Positions 1-9,265 of a stretch of DNA of 64,000 nt are shown here, in pieces; position 1 is the stretch's first letter, and each line of letters starts with the position of its first letter. Below the pieces are notes generated by a model, which saw only the letters and a list, made by a program, of their open reading frames with translations, did no database searches and was not told the DNA's origin. Where the stretch lies: the IMG/VR virus record IMGVR_UViG_3300013936_000020. One strand, 5' to 3'. Both the position numbers and the translations under genes were made by a program. This DNA comes from an uncultured virus (IMG/VR IMGVR_UViG_3300013936_000020). Its lineage: Duplodnaviria; Heunggongvirae; Uroviricota; Caudoviricetes.

Positions 1-461
1 ATCTGTCTGCATCGTTCTGGAGTTAAGCAGTACTCTTCAGACAACTCCAGTAAGGACTTATTTCCATCATTCAGAAATGCCATCAAGAGTTTGTATTCCC
101 TTGCCTTTAAGCACGGAACAAGGCTTGCCTCGTAGAGGGCTGTAATCATATTTTTCACATCCTCGTTGCAAGTTCCGTAGTTATGCTTGAAGAAGAGTGC
201 CTTACGCATCTCAGCCAGCTCATTGTTTGCTTGCTCTTTTGCAGACTTTATCTCCGCCATCTTCTTGTTAAGCATTTCCTCGCTGACGGCGATAAACTTG
301 TATTTCTTTGCGTACCGCTCGATGTCCTCGGCATTGACGTAGGTGTTGCCCTTTTCGTCCTTGAATCCACCAAGCAAGCCGTCCTTGATGTAGTTCGAGA
401 TAGTTTGTCTTGACACGCCAAGGATTTCGGCAGCCTTGTTTCTTGTTATTCTTTTATCCAT
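1..461 (-). CDS. HTH DNA-binding protein, runs off the window edge (N-terminal excisionase-like HTH, then a sigma70 region-4-like segment)
   Basis: Not in the ORF track. Manual translation from ATG at 461 gives MDKRITRNKAAEILGVSRQTISNYIKDG...LSEEYCLTPERCRQ, open to position 1. Confidence 0.6.
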   Translation of the reverse strand, partial: MDKRITRNKAAEILGVSRQTISNYIKDGLLGGFKDEKGNTYVNAEDIERYAKKYKFIAVSEEMLNKKMAEIKSAKEQANNELAEMRKALFFKHNYGTCNEDVKNMITALYEASLVPCLKAREYKLLMAFLNDGNKSLLELSEEYCLTPERCRQ

Positions 462-543
462 AACCTCTATTTTTTAGTCTTCATTTTATCATTACATCCC
501 TATGTAACAAATCGCTACATAGGGGTCATTTCGCGACGCCACG

Positions 544-1773
544 TCACGCAGTCTCTTCTAACGTTAGTTTACCTCTTCTTTGCGCTCTGTACTTTTCAGG
601 AGCCATCGGTAAATGATTCTCTTCAAGTGCTCGCTCGTAGGCTCTGAAAGCCAAACAATCAGCTTGCACGTTCATATTGTCCTTTCCGTGCCCTTTTATC
701 CACTCAAGGCGAATATCCTTGCCGTCTGCACATTTTCGGTACATCTTGATGAGGTCTGGATTCTTGATGTTGTCTCCAATCTCCCAATTAGTGTATCTAA
801 ACATCTTGATGGCATATTTGGAGTCTGAAACGACAACTATCCGTGAACCTTTCGGACAGTAATTCACGGCAGAGATGATAGCAAGCATTTCCATACGATT
901 GTTGGTCGTTCCCAACGTATGATAGGATTTTACTTTCTCTATTTCGCCTGTTTCCGAATTAATCACGATATAGGCAGAACCTCCAGCACGATGGGTGGAA
1001 TAGTTGTCGCAGCTTCCGTCAGTATAGCAAATGTAGTGACCTGTATATTTTTTGTTTTCCACTTCTTCACGCATTGCTTCCTTACGTTTTTGTGCCTTCA
1101 ACTCGTCCACTGAAAGGAATCTATCGTCATTCTTTCTTACGGTAGGATTGCAGGCGTTTGCCAAACTCTGCCAAGTCTTAGGTTTCGTTCCTTTCTTCGT
1201 GAGCCATTTCTTGCTTTCAAGGAAATCCCAAAGAGCCTTGTCGAACCCCTTTTCCGTCCAACCTGTCTTCTTGCAGTAATCGCAAAACTCTTGATAGGTA
1301 GGTTTCTCGCCTGGGTCTCTAAAGTTCTTCTCATACTCCGCCTTTGCCATTTCCTCAACTTGCGTGTTGTACTTGTCGGCAGTGTACCATTTGGCTTGCT
1401 CAAAGATAACCTCAATATCCTCGGTCAGTCTTCGGAAATCAAGAACAATGTCACCAGACTTTGTTTCGTTCGTAACCTCGTCGTTTGTTTCGAGATTGTT
1501 GTAATATGGAGCGTTTTCGGGCAAGTGAACCGTAATTAGGTTTGCACCACAGCAAAAATTACGTATAGCCCTTGTGATAGCCAATGATTGCGCTCTGACC
1601 TTTGAAATCGGGTCGGCAAAATACGATGCCTTTCCGATAATCTTTCCATCTTTGAGCACAAGGTAGGCAGAACTACACGCTCCCTTCTTTCCTTTGCATA
1701 CATTATCGACGTAAACATCATAGGCTACAACCTTGTACTCCGTCTTGATGTACTTTTCTTCAATCTTCTTCAT
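544..1773 (-). CDS. RNase HI domain protein with an additional degenerate N-terminal RNase H-like domain
   Basis: C-terminal motifs YTDGSC, TTNNRMEMLAII, VSDSKY, WIKGH and N..AD match RNase HI. The N-terminus (YVDNVC...RAQSLAITRAI) echoes the same fold. Confidence 0.85.
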   Translation of the reverse strand: MKKIEEKYIKTEYKVVAYDVYVDNVCKGKKGACSSAYLVLKDGKIIGKASYFADPISKVRAQSLAITRAIRNFCCGANLITVHLPENAPYYNNLETNDEVTNETKSGDIVLDFRRLTEDIEVIFEQAKWYTADKYNTQVEEMAKAEYEKNFRDPGEKPTYQEFCDYCKKTGWTEKGFDKALWDFLESKKWLTKKGTKPKTWQSLANACNPTVRKNDDRFLSVDELKAQKRKEAMREEVENKKYTGHYICYTDGSCDNYSTHRAGGSAYIVINSETGEIEKVKSYHTLGTTNNRMEMLAIISAVNYCPKGSRIVVVSDSKYAIKMFRYTNWEIGDNIKNPDLIKMYRKCADGKDIRLEWIKGHGKDNMNVQADCLAFRAYERALEENHLPMAPEKYRAQRRGKLTLEETA

Positions 1774-1897
1774 ATCGACTTTCGATTAAACTTCAAAACT
1801 CTCCTTCGTGCGTTAGTCTTCTGAAGGAGAATATAAAACACATATAACCTCAACTAACTACTAATACGAACATATCCAAAGTAAGACTCGGCAATAA

Positions 1898-2740
1898 TTA
1901 ACCACCGACAAAGTTGTCGTGAGGGTTATTACTGCCAATAGCATTGGCAAACGACTTGCCTTTGCCCTTGCATTTGTACTTGCCTTTTTCGTAGTCGTAT
2001 ATCTGAAACATAAAGCTGTCAGATATTCTTCGGTCTTCAATAGAGTAAGAGCAAGGAATGACAACGTAATGGAAATGCCCTCTGCTGTAAGTGAACGATT
2101 TCCTGCCACATCTTTGCAATGTTTGTTCCACTTGTCCTTTGATTCTGTCATCCGCCATGTGTCGTTCCGCAAAGGAAGACTTAATCTTGCCCCTGCTTAC
2201 GAGTTGTTTCTTGATTCTGCTCACAGAGCCATACCCCATATTCACAACACTCATAAACTTCTTCATGGTTAGCTGCATCGGAACACACACCGAGTTGTAA
2301 TCAACGTTGAAACTGTTGTCTTCTGCCCCACAAATCACGAATGTGTAGAGAATGTTGTTAATGATGGAATATATTTCTTTGAGCGTAAAATCCTTTCTTC
2401 TTGGCATCTTACAGACCAAAGCACCTTGATACGTTCCCTGCTTACGATTGTACTTAAATTCCTTGTCCTTGAATGTATTCACGATGAAACGACCATTGCC
2501 AAGACAGGTGAACAAATCATCTTCCTTGACTTGAACAAGCAATCTCTTCGCCTTGTCGTAGCCAATTCCAAGTTGTTCTTTCAAGTCCTTCTTCGTAAGT
2601 GGGAACATCACTGAGTTACTATGCTGCATCTTGCACCAGATGGCAAAGCAAAGCAACTCCTTACGTTGCTTCACCTCTTGCGGTGTAGCACCGTAGGCGT
2701 ATCGCCTTATCAAATCCATTCTGATGCTTAATGTACGCAT
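1898..2740 (-). CDS. Putative winged-HTH DNA-binding or replication protein
   Basis: HTH-like LTKKDLKEQLGIGYDKAKRLL and a second MGYGSVSRIKKQL segment. ATG at 2740 chosen as the likely start. Confidence 0.45.
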   Translation of the reverse strand: MRTLSIRMDLIRRYAYGATPQEVKQRKELLCFAIWCKMQHSNSVMFPLTKKDLKEQLGIGYDKAKRLLVQVKEDDLFTCLGNGRFIVNTFKDKEFKYNRKQGTYQGALVCKMPRRKDFTLKEIYSIINNILYTFVICGAEDNSFNVDYNSVCVPMQLTMKKFMSVVNMGYGSVSRIKKQLVSRGKIKSSFAERHMADDRIKGQVEQTLQRCGRKSFTYSRGHFHYVVIPCSYSIEDRRISDSFMFQIYDYEKGKYKCKGKGKSFANAIGSNNPHDNFVGG

Positions 2741-3027
2741 AGTGAAAAAGCAGAGAACCCTCAAACAGGTACGAGCTGCTTGAGGGTCTCCTTATAATGA
2801 AACCTTATATTGCTACAAGGTTTTGTTTGCTAATGTTAGTGCGAAATCAACCCTCGTACTGCTGAATTGCGAGAGCAAAGTTATCACATTATTTTGAGCC
2901 TTGCAAATGTATAAAAATGTTAAGCGATGGTTTTGAGGGCTATTGATGGTTTTTAGAAAGTTAATAAATTATAATTCTGATTTTTTGCGTGTTTTCCCAT
3001 GTATTTTTCTCGATTTTTAGGCAAAAA

Positions 3028-3068
3028 TAGCCTTTGGTAGCCGACTACTAAAGACTGCCAAAGGCTAA
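3028..3068. terminator. Long inverted repeat, terminator-like hairpin
   Basis: TAGCCTTTGG...CCAAAGGCTA arms in the intergenic gap. Confidence 0.5.
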
Positions 3069-3108
3069 TGAAAAAAGCCACTCGCCGTGAAGCGGATGGC
3101 TGGAACGG

Positions 3109-3420
3109 TTACTGCATGTTGGTAACGTCTTGCATGTCTTCACCTTCATTATCAGAAGACGGTAACTGTCCGTTCTGTTTTAGATAAAACATTGCTGCTT
3201 TTACGATATGGGCGAGTCCTATCACTGGTAGAGAACTGAAGAATATTGCGATTGCGTATAATAGGCAAGCGACAAAGACTTCCCAACCGGCATAGTGGTA
3301 GTCTCCAATCCATCCCGCAATACCAACGGCTACAATAAACACAGAGAAATAAATACCGAACACGCCAAGATACTTAATAATATTATCAATGTTTGCTACG
3401 ATTTTTGATACAATTTTCAT
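3109..3420 (-). CDS. Small membrane protein (2 TM)
   Basis: Two long hydrophobic stretches. Confidence 0.6.
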   Translation of the reverse strand: MKIVSKIVANIDNIIKYLGVFGIYFSVFIVAVGIAGWIGDYHYAGWEVFVACLLYAIAIFFSSLPVIGLAHIVKAAMFYLKQNGQLPSSDNEGEDMQDVTNMQ

Positions 3421-3435
3421 ATTCTTTGAATTTTG

Positions 3436-3912
3436 TCATTTTACCTCATGTCCCTTAAATACCAAAACGAAAGACGCCATCATGCTTATATATGAATCGA
3501 CAGCCTCTTTTCTTCCGCACTTCTTGGCGTCCATTATGCCCTTGATTACGTCCTCGTCTTTAGAATTTCCTCCGTCCTGTAATCTCTTGTAGGAGTTATA
3601 TATGCTTCCGTCGTTATCGTCTATTTTTTGCAAGCAACCTTGTTTCTTGCCGTCGGAGAATATTCCATATACATACTCGTACTGATGGGTGCTACGTCCT
3701 CCGAATCCGTTTTCTCCATTGCCTGTAAATGTTATAACAACCAAAGAATCTTCGGACAGGATTTCTTGCTCGTCTGTTATCTTGTATGAGTCTGGAGCCT
3801 TAGCCGTAGCCTTTATCTCGTCTCTTAGCGCATGATGTGCTTCTCTCTCAAATGAATTGGCGCAAGATGCAAGCAATAGAATAGGAATTGCCGCAAATAA
3901 TACTTTCTTCAT
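3436..3912 (-). CDS. Lipoprotein (possible superinfection exclusion)
   Basis: Signal peptide MKKVLFAAIPILLLASC with a lipobox Cys. The function is inference. Confidence 0.65.
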   Translation of the reverse strand: MKKVLFAAIPILLLASCANSFEREAHHALRDEIKATAKAPDSYKITDEQEILSEDSLVVITFTGNGENGFGGRSTHQYEYVYGIFSDGKKQGCLQKIDDNDGSIYNSYKRLQDGGNSKDEDVIKGIMDAKKCGRKEAVDSYISMMASFVLVFKGHEVK

Positions 3913-3950
3913 ATTTCTTCGCTTAACCGTGATGCGTAGGGCTGAATTGA

Positions 3951-4196
3951 TTACTTTAATTTAGCTATTGTGCAAACTTGACTTGTCTTGTTTCTGCTCT
4001 CTACATACTCGATGCGAACAATACCGCTGCCAGTGCGCTCCTTTGTCGGCATCTCTAAGACCTCGGCAGTCAATATCGCAGTCTTGCGAATAGCAGGATT
4101 ATTGCGAACATTAAACTCCACCTTCTTGCTTACATTTGCAGTAAGCTCAACACTCATATAATTAGTGTCTCCATCAATGTTTACTAAGTATTTCAT
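3951..4196 (-). CDS. Hypothetical protein
   Basis: 81-aa ORF lying between two repeat copies. Confidence 0.6.
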   Translation of the reverse strand: MKYLVNIDGDTNYMSVELTANVSKKVEFNVRNNPAIRKTAILTAEVLEMPTKERTGSGIVRIEYVESRNKTSQVCTIAKLK

Positions 4197-4239
4197 AAGT
4201 TTCTCGCTTGACCGTGATGCGTAGGGCTGAATGTGTTAT

Positions 4240-4413
4240 TTACTTATTTTCGTCATAGATGTGTGCTTGGTCGTACAAAGCCTTATCCAACGCCCAATCC
4301 TCCTTAGGATAGATACCTTCACCCAAGCCTGTGTTGAAGTCGATGTAGTAATTATCATCGTCCTCCTTGATAGTTACATTATAACCTTCATAATTGATGT
4401 TCTGCTCTTTCAT
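4240..4413 (-). CDS. Small acidic hypothetical protein (57 aa)
   Basis: Manual translation MKEQNINYEGYNVTIKEDDDNYYIDF...DENK*. It fills the gap between repeat copies 2 and 3. Confidence 0.6.
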   Translation of the reverse strand: MKEQNINYEGYNVTIKEDDDNYYIDFNTGLGEGIYPKEDWALDKALYDQAHIYDENK

Positions 4414-4454
4414 TTTCTATAGACTTATCCGTGATGTCGAGGGCTGAATAACTA

Positions 4455-4649
4455 TTATTGTTTTGCTAATTTTAAAAAATCTCTTCGAGTATATCTTTTA
4501 ACTACGCCATTCATATAGGCGAAATAAATGTTTCCTTTGTTGTCAACACCACTTTCGTAAACGTCACTATCTTTGCTGATGTTATCGAATGCTTCGACTG
4601 CTTTTTTGTTACGAAAGATTTTGTTGCCTCTTGCGTTTATTTTTGCCAT
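4455..4649 (-). CDS. Hypothetical protein
   Basis: 64-aa ORF between repeat copies 3 and 4. Confidence 0.55.
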   Translation of the reverse strand: MAKINARGNKIFRNKKAVEAFDNISKDSDVYESGVDNKGNIYFAYMNGVVKRYTRRDFLKLAKQ

Positions 4650-4729
4650 ATCCTTTGACTTAACCGTGATGTCGAGGGCTTGGTTAATACTGTCGGGAGC
4701 CGAAGCTCCCTGGTTTTGGCTAATCGGGG

Positions 4730-5161
4730 CTATTGCTTGCCGCCGGGGATCACCTCGAAGACACGATGCTCCAGGTCCGAAGACAGTCGATTGCCGAACT
4801 CGTCAGAGACTTTTCCGTCTTCGTTTACGAAATACTTCTGTTCGTTCATTACCTTTGTGGCGATACCGAGACATTCGAGGCAATCCTTCGCTACAAATAT
4901 AACGTTCGTTCCTTCTCTCTCGGCGTTCTCGAAGTGCTCTATGAATCCTCCGTCAAGATCATCGACGAAATCATCTGTATAATCGCTCATCTCGTCTCCG
5001 TAGCGTCGATTGAGGGATTTCAGCTCTTCAATCATTTGCTTGTTCGTTCCGATTTCACCGAGCATTGGCTTTTGGAGAAGCTCGACAAACAGCTTTTCGT
5101 ACTTCTCCTTACACTCATCCGCCCATTCCTTGAGCGTTTCTTCTTCTACTCCTTCTAACAT
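4730..5161 (-). CDS. Acidic hypothetical protein
   Basis: 143-aa D/E-rich ORF in the operon direction. Confidence 0.7.
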   Translation of the reverse strand: MLEGVEEETLKEWADECKEKYEKLFVELLQKPMLGEIGTNKQMIEELKSLNRRYGDEMSDYTDDFVDDLDGGFIEHFENAEREGTNVIFVAKDCLECLGIATKVMNEQKYFVNEDGKVSDEFGNRLSSDLEHRVFEVIPGGKQ

Positions 5162-5173
5162 ATTATCTATATT

Positions 5174-5482
5174 TTATTGGTTAATATTTCCAATCAAAAG
5201 GTCTATGAGCTTCGTAAGTGAGTCGTAAGGTTGGAAAGGAACGCTTCTTCTTTCAAGCTCTCTCTTGATGCTCTCGATCGCATTGCTCACTTGTCTTTCC
5301 AATCTTTCGGACTTACGCTCTGCTTGCTCCTGCTCTACCAATGCACGGAACGTATCCTCTACATTGCATATTCCGGAGAGCTTGTCAACACGACGCTTTA
5401 GCGACATGTTCTCTTTTATCAGCTCTCCTTTTGTCATCTCTTTAAGGTGCGCTTTGTAGGCTATAGCCTCTTCCTTTTTCAT
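5174..5482 (-). CDS. Coiled-coil hypothetical protein
   Basis: 102-aa ORF with a typical ATTATG start context. Confidence 0.65.
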   Translation of the reverse strand: MKKEEAIAYKAHLKEMTKGELIKENMSLKRRVDKLSGICNVEDTFRALVEQEQAERKSERLERQVSNAIESIKRELERRSVPFQPYDSLTKLIDLLIGNINQ

Positions 5483-5543
5483 AATTCTCCAATTTTAGTT
5501 AATAATAGAAGAGGATGAGATTAGTCATCCTCCCTTTGGCTTC

Positions 5544-6548
5544 CTACCCAAGGTAGTCCGGGTCATAGATTCCGAAGAGGCGCAGCGTGTCGCTGTTTAT
5601 CTCCGTCTTGCCAACGATGTAGCGTTGGGTCATCTGGATATTGGGCTTGCCAGAGCTGATATGTCCCATCATAATGGCTATCTGCTCCAACGAGGCACCC
5701 TTCTTCGACAGGTTCGTGGCGAACGAGCGTCTGCCGGTGTGTGACGTGACAAAACGATACTTCATGCCTGTCTGCTCCTTCCCTCCCATGAATACCTTGG
5801 TGTACGTGTTGATGCCGCAGTCACAGCAGATGTCACGAAGGTTCTCGTTGAAGCACTTCTCGCTGATGGTTGCAGGAAGAGGCTCGTCGCCTGTGCCGCA
5901 CACGAGGAACGGGCGCAGCTTCTTGTGAAGAGGAACCTTGACCTCCACCTTCGTCTTCTGTGTGACGTACACCAAGAAATGCCCGGTCTCGTCGATGTTC
6001 TCGGTGGTCATCCTCTCGCAGTCGCTCCTGCGAGCACCGCAGAGGCATTCCATGATGAACATTCTCTGAACGTACCTCTTGATTGCTCCACGAGGGCAGT
6101 ACTTGATGATGCGGTCTATCTCCTCGTCGGTGAGGTAAACAGCCTGCACAGGCACTTGCTTTGCCCTGAGCACCTTGTGGAACTGCTGCGAAGGTATTAC
6201 CCTCGTTGCGTCGTTCTCACGTATCACAGCCTTGATGGTAGCGCACAGGGTCTTAGCAGAGTTCGGGGCATAGTTGTTCGTTATCTCCTCGAACAGGTCT
6301 CTGAGGTTGTCGTCGGTGACGTCTGACCACTGAGGCTTATGCCCGAGCATCTTCGCGAACATGCGGACCACCTTCAGGTACTTAGGATATTTCCAGATGT
6401 ACGCTCCGTAGAACGTCTCGTGTCTCCACTCTATCCCGTGGTAGTCGCAGAACCAACCCTGCTTGATGGGAGTCTTGTACTTCTGCTGCTGTGTGTAGGT
6501 TAGAAGTTGCTCCCAGTCTCTTGTCTTTAATCTGATTTCTTCTGTCAT
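5544..6548 (-). CDS. Tyrosine recombinase / integrase family protein
   Basis: Catalytic set CGARRSD, QKT, HTGRRSFAT, MMGH and TQRY. Confidence 0.92.
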   Translation of the reverse strand: MTEEIRLKTRDWEQLLTYTQQQKYKTPIKQGWFCDYHGIEWRHETFYGAYIWKYPKYLKVVRMFAKMLGHKPQWSDVTDDNLRDLFEEITNNYAPNSAKTLCATIKAVIRENDATRVIPSQQFHKVLRAKQVPVQAVYLTDEEIDRIIKYCPRGAIKRYVQRMFIMECLCGARRSDCERMTTENIDETGHFLVYVTQKTKVEVKVPLHKKLRPFLVCGTGDEPLPATISEKCFNENLRDICCDCGINTYTKVFMGGKEQTGMKYRFVTSHTGRRSFATNLSKKGASLEQIAIMMGHISSGKPNIQMTQRYIVGKTEINSDTLRLFGIYDPDYLG

Positions 6549-6576
6549 AATTCTTTATTTCTTTGGTTATTAGTGG

Positions 6577-6584
6577 CAAAGATA
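6577..6584 (-). promoter_or_regulatory. Bacteroidetes -7 promoter element (TATCTTTG) upstream of the recombinase
   Basis: Matches TAnnTTTG on the minus strand and sits inside a GGCAAAG...CTTTGCC inverted repeat. Confidence 0.55.
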
Positions 6585-6632
6585 CAAAGTTTGTCATATA
6601 AACTTTCGCCCTTTGCCGATTTTAACTTGGAT

Positions 6633-7019
6633 TTAACTCTGTCGTGCTGTCTCGAGCAGAATGTACCAGTCGAGGATGCCCAAATCCTGCAAGCAATAGC
6701 CAAGCGACAAGGCCTCGTCCCTGAACTTCTCGACCCTATTCAGGAGCGTCATGTCGTAGTCGTAGAACTCGAACAATCTCTTTGCAACGACGAACTTCCA
6801 GTCGTCATCGAGGTAACCCTGCTTGACGCCGTTGAACTCCTTTCCTCCATCAATGGCATCGTACGCTTCCTCCCACACATTGTCGATGGCCTCCAAGAGT
6901 TCCTTGTCTGTCTTCGTGTAGTCGATGTCCGTGTCCGTGATATTTAGGAGAATCTTTCCTGTCTCGTCAACCAAGTGCCACTCGTAGTAGCCTGCTTCCA
7001 ATCTTACTTTCTTATCCAT
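6633..7019 (-). CDS. Acidic hypothetical protein
   Basis: 128-aa ORF with the conserved leader. Confidence 0.7.
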   Translation of the reverse strand: MDKKVRLEAGYYEWHLVDETGKILLNITDTDIDYTKTDKELLEAIDNVWEEAYDAIDGGKEFNGVKQGYLDDDWKFVVAKRLFEFYDYDMTLLNRVEKFRDEALSLGYCLQDLGILDWYILLETARQS

Positions 7020-7075
7020 AATCTTAATGTTTTGGTTTGTGTAAACCGCTACAAGACGTAACGGTTTTGTTTGGC

Positions 7076-7654
7076 TTAGTCTTGTCTTCCAATGTCGAGC
7101 CCTGCGAGCACGCCCTCCATAAAGGCCAACGCCTCTCCTCTCTTTTCGGTGAGAAATTTTTGGTAGCCATCAATGATTACGCCGTACTTTTCGTTCGGAT
7201 AGTCTTGGAGGTAGCACTGATGATAGTCCTTTCCTGCTTTCTCCTCGATTTCACCTGCGAGACGCTTGCCTTCATCGGATTCCTTTGGTCTGCCATCGGG
7301 ATATTCCTCGTAGAAATACTCATGCCAAAGCTCCAATAGCATATCCTTGCAGCCCTCCATGTCTTGCAGCAAGTCCGACAGCTTGTATGGAGCACCGTTG
7401 GTACCATGTCCGTCCTCGCCAATCCACTTGGCCGCTTCCTCATCTGGGTCAAAGTCGTCGTAGTAATTATACAACTGTTCCATGAAATCGGACTTATCGT
7501 CATTGTCGAACCAGATAGTTGCGATAAAATCCTGGCCTTGTGGAGAATATTTCTCCAGCTCAACGCAAACCTTCCCATCACTACGAGCTTCGTAAACATT
7601 GCAACTCCAGCCCAAATTCTCTGCTAATTTCAAAAATTCATTCATAATCTTCAT
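7076..7654 (-). CDS. Acidic hypothetical protein
   Basis: 192-aa ORF flanked by the intergenic modules. Confidence 0.75.
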   Translation of the reverse strand: MKIMNEFLKLAENLGWSCNVYEARSDGKVCVELEKYSPQGQDFIATIWFDNDDKSDFMEQLYNYYDDFDPDEEAAKWIGEDGHGTNGAPYKLSDLLQDMEGCKDMLLELWHEYFYEEYPDGRPKESDEGKRLAGEIEEKAGKDYHQCYLQDYPNEKYGVIIDGYQKFLTEKRGEALAFMEGVLAGLDIGRQD

Positions 7655-7712
7655 AATTTATTGGTTAGACATAGGAGCGTGAAACAAAATGTTCCACGCC
7701 TTGTTTTGGGTG

Positions 7713-8150
7713 TTACACCGGCAGAGACACGATGTATTCCTTTCTCTTCTTTCGTGTTCTGCTCTTGACAGTGAAGCCGCAGAAGTCTCTCAGCCATCCA
7801 GCTGCATTGCCTGCGAAAGGCTCGTTGACAAAAAGGATTGGACGCACCATGCCGTTCTTCAACATCATCTGATAGTCGATGAAGTCGAAAGGGTCGTCGG
7901 GGTCGTCGGCCTTGCGCTCCCATATCGTCTCGTCGAGATAGTCGATGAAGTCTCCCTCTGGAGGGTTCTCCATCTCTATGAAACGCTTTGGAACGATGAG
8001 GATTGTGCTCTTCGCCTCGTGGGTCATAAAGAAATTCTCCACGACCTCGTTGAACGCACTCATATCCATCTCCTTTTGTTCGATTCCCTTCTTCTTCAGG
8101 ATGTCGGCGGCTGAGATCATCTTAGTCGCTCTTCTTGCTGTTCTTGCCAT
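7713..8150 (-). CDS. Hypothetical protein
   Basis: 145-aa ORF with the conserved leader. Confidence 0.75.
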   Translation of the reverse strand: MARTARRATKMISAADILKKKGIEQKEMDMSAFNEVVENFFMTHEAKSTILIVPKRFIEMENPPEGDFIDYLDETIWERKADDPDDPFDFIDYQMMLKNGMVRPILFVNEPFAGNAAGWLRDFCGFTVKSRTRKKRKEYIVSLPV

Positions 8151-8208
8151 AATTCACTTTATTTTTATTGGTTAGACATAGAACACAGGGAGAAATCTCC
8201 CCATGCTT

Positions 8209-8652
8209 TTAGACTTCAATCTTCCATATGTCGGAGCGCTTCTTGCCAATGCTCTTGACGAACGACAACGCCGTCTCAAAGTCAGGCTGCTGCACGTATT
8301 CCATGCCATGGAGGACGAAGAAGAAGCACTCTGTAGGGGCATGGTCTGCCTTGTTCTTCTTCTGAGATTTCGCTCTCTCGTAGAGCATCTTCTCCACTAT
8401 GCGGTTCTGATGGGCAAGCCCACGCTCATCGAGTTCTTTCTTAGTGAAGGAACGGACTAATTTCATTCTACAGCAGGCTGCGATATTGTCGAGCCACTGA
8501 TTTCTGTTGCTTTCGGTGATAGACAGGTCGTTCAGATGAGTCTTCCCTCCGAACGAGAACGTCGTTCCGAAAACAGTAACGGTAATCTTTCCATCAACTA
8601 TTGGAGCGTTCTTTACGGCCTCCAACAATGCCGTTGTCTCTGCTTTTGTCAT
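8209..8652 (-). CDS. Hypothetical protein
   Basis: 147-aa ORF with the conserved leader. Confidence 0.7.
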   Translation of the reverse strand: MTKAETTALLEAVKNAPIVDGKITVTVFGTTFSFGGKTHLNDLSITESNRNQWLDNIAACCRMKLVRSFTKKELDERGLAHQNRIVEKMLYERAKSQKKNKADHAPTECFFFVLHGMEYVQQPDFETALSFVKSIGKKRSDIWKIEV

Positions 8653-8782
8653 ATTCTTTTAATTTTAATGGTTGAACTTGTGGTAAAAAGAGAGGCGTGT
8701 CTCACGACAGACCTCCTCTCACCATTTAAACAAATCGAGTTATGTGTAGGAGCCTGTATGTCGGTACAGGCTTGTTTGGCTG

Positions 8783-9199
8783 TTACCTTGGTACGTTCCA
8801 GTGGAACTTAATGCTGACAAAGTCGTCAACGGCATCGAATGTAAGCACGTGAACGCCGTCGGAATCACACGCTTTGTCATCTATGAACTGTATGTGAAAG
8901 GTGAAGCCCAAGCACCACAGTTCATCGTAGGCTACATCAGTAAGTCTCTCAATTATCGTTCCTCTCCATGCGCATCTATCGTCTGCGGATTTTGGCAGCT
9001 TTAAAAAACGCATTTCGACAACATTGTCACGATATGACATAAACGTAGGGAATCCGCTGACGAATCCAAGGTACTCGTTCTTGTTGAACGTGTATTCCTC
9101 GTTGTCAAACAAGGCGTCTGTCAGCCAATCGCTCATAACGTTCTTGTCGTCGATAGGAGCTTTCATTAATTTTCTTGTGTCAATGTTAATCTCTTTCAT
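8783..9199 (-). CDS. Hypothetical protein, paralog of 9266-9673
   Basis: Shared blocks: MKEINID/MKRINID, GFVSGFPTF/GFVDNNPTF, AWRGTIIERLTD/AWKRKVIDALTD. Confidence 0.7.
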   Translation of the reverse strand: MKEINIDTRKLMKAPIDDKNVMSDWLTDALFDNEEYTFNKNEYLGFVSGFPTFMSYRDNVVEMRFLKLPKSADDRCAWRGTIIERLTDVAYDELWCLGFTFHIQFIDDKACDSDGVHVLTFDAVDDFVSIKFHWNVPR

Positions 9200-9265
9200 A
9201 ATCTTTCATTTTAATTGGTTAAGATAGAATGGAGGTCACCCGGAATCGTGACCCCCAATATTAAG

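Larger units (their letters stand above)
3921..4680 (-). repeat. Four copies of a ~23-27 bp conserved element, each just upstream of a small gene
   Basis: Plus-strand RCTTRWCCGTGATGYSKAGGGCT(GAAT) at 3921-3947, 4206-4232, 4423-4449 and 4658-4680. Confidence 0.9.

Noticed and set aside
3921..4680. Four ~25-bp repeats as a mini CRISPR array
   Set aside because: The spacers are about 190-260 bp and each contains a whole ORF.
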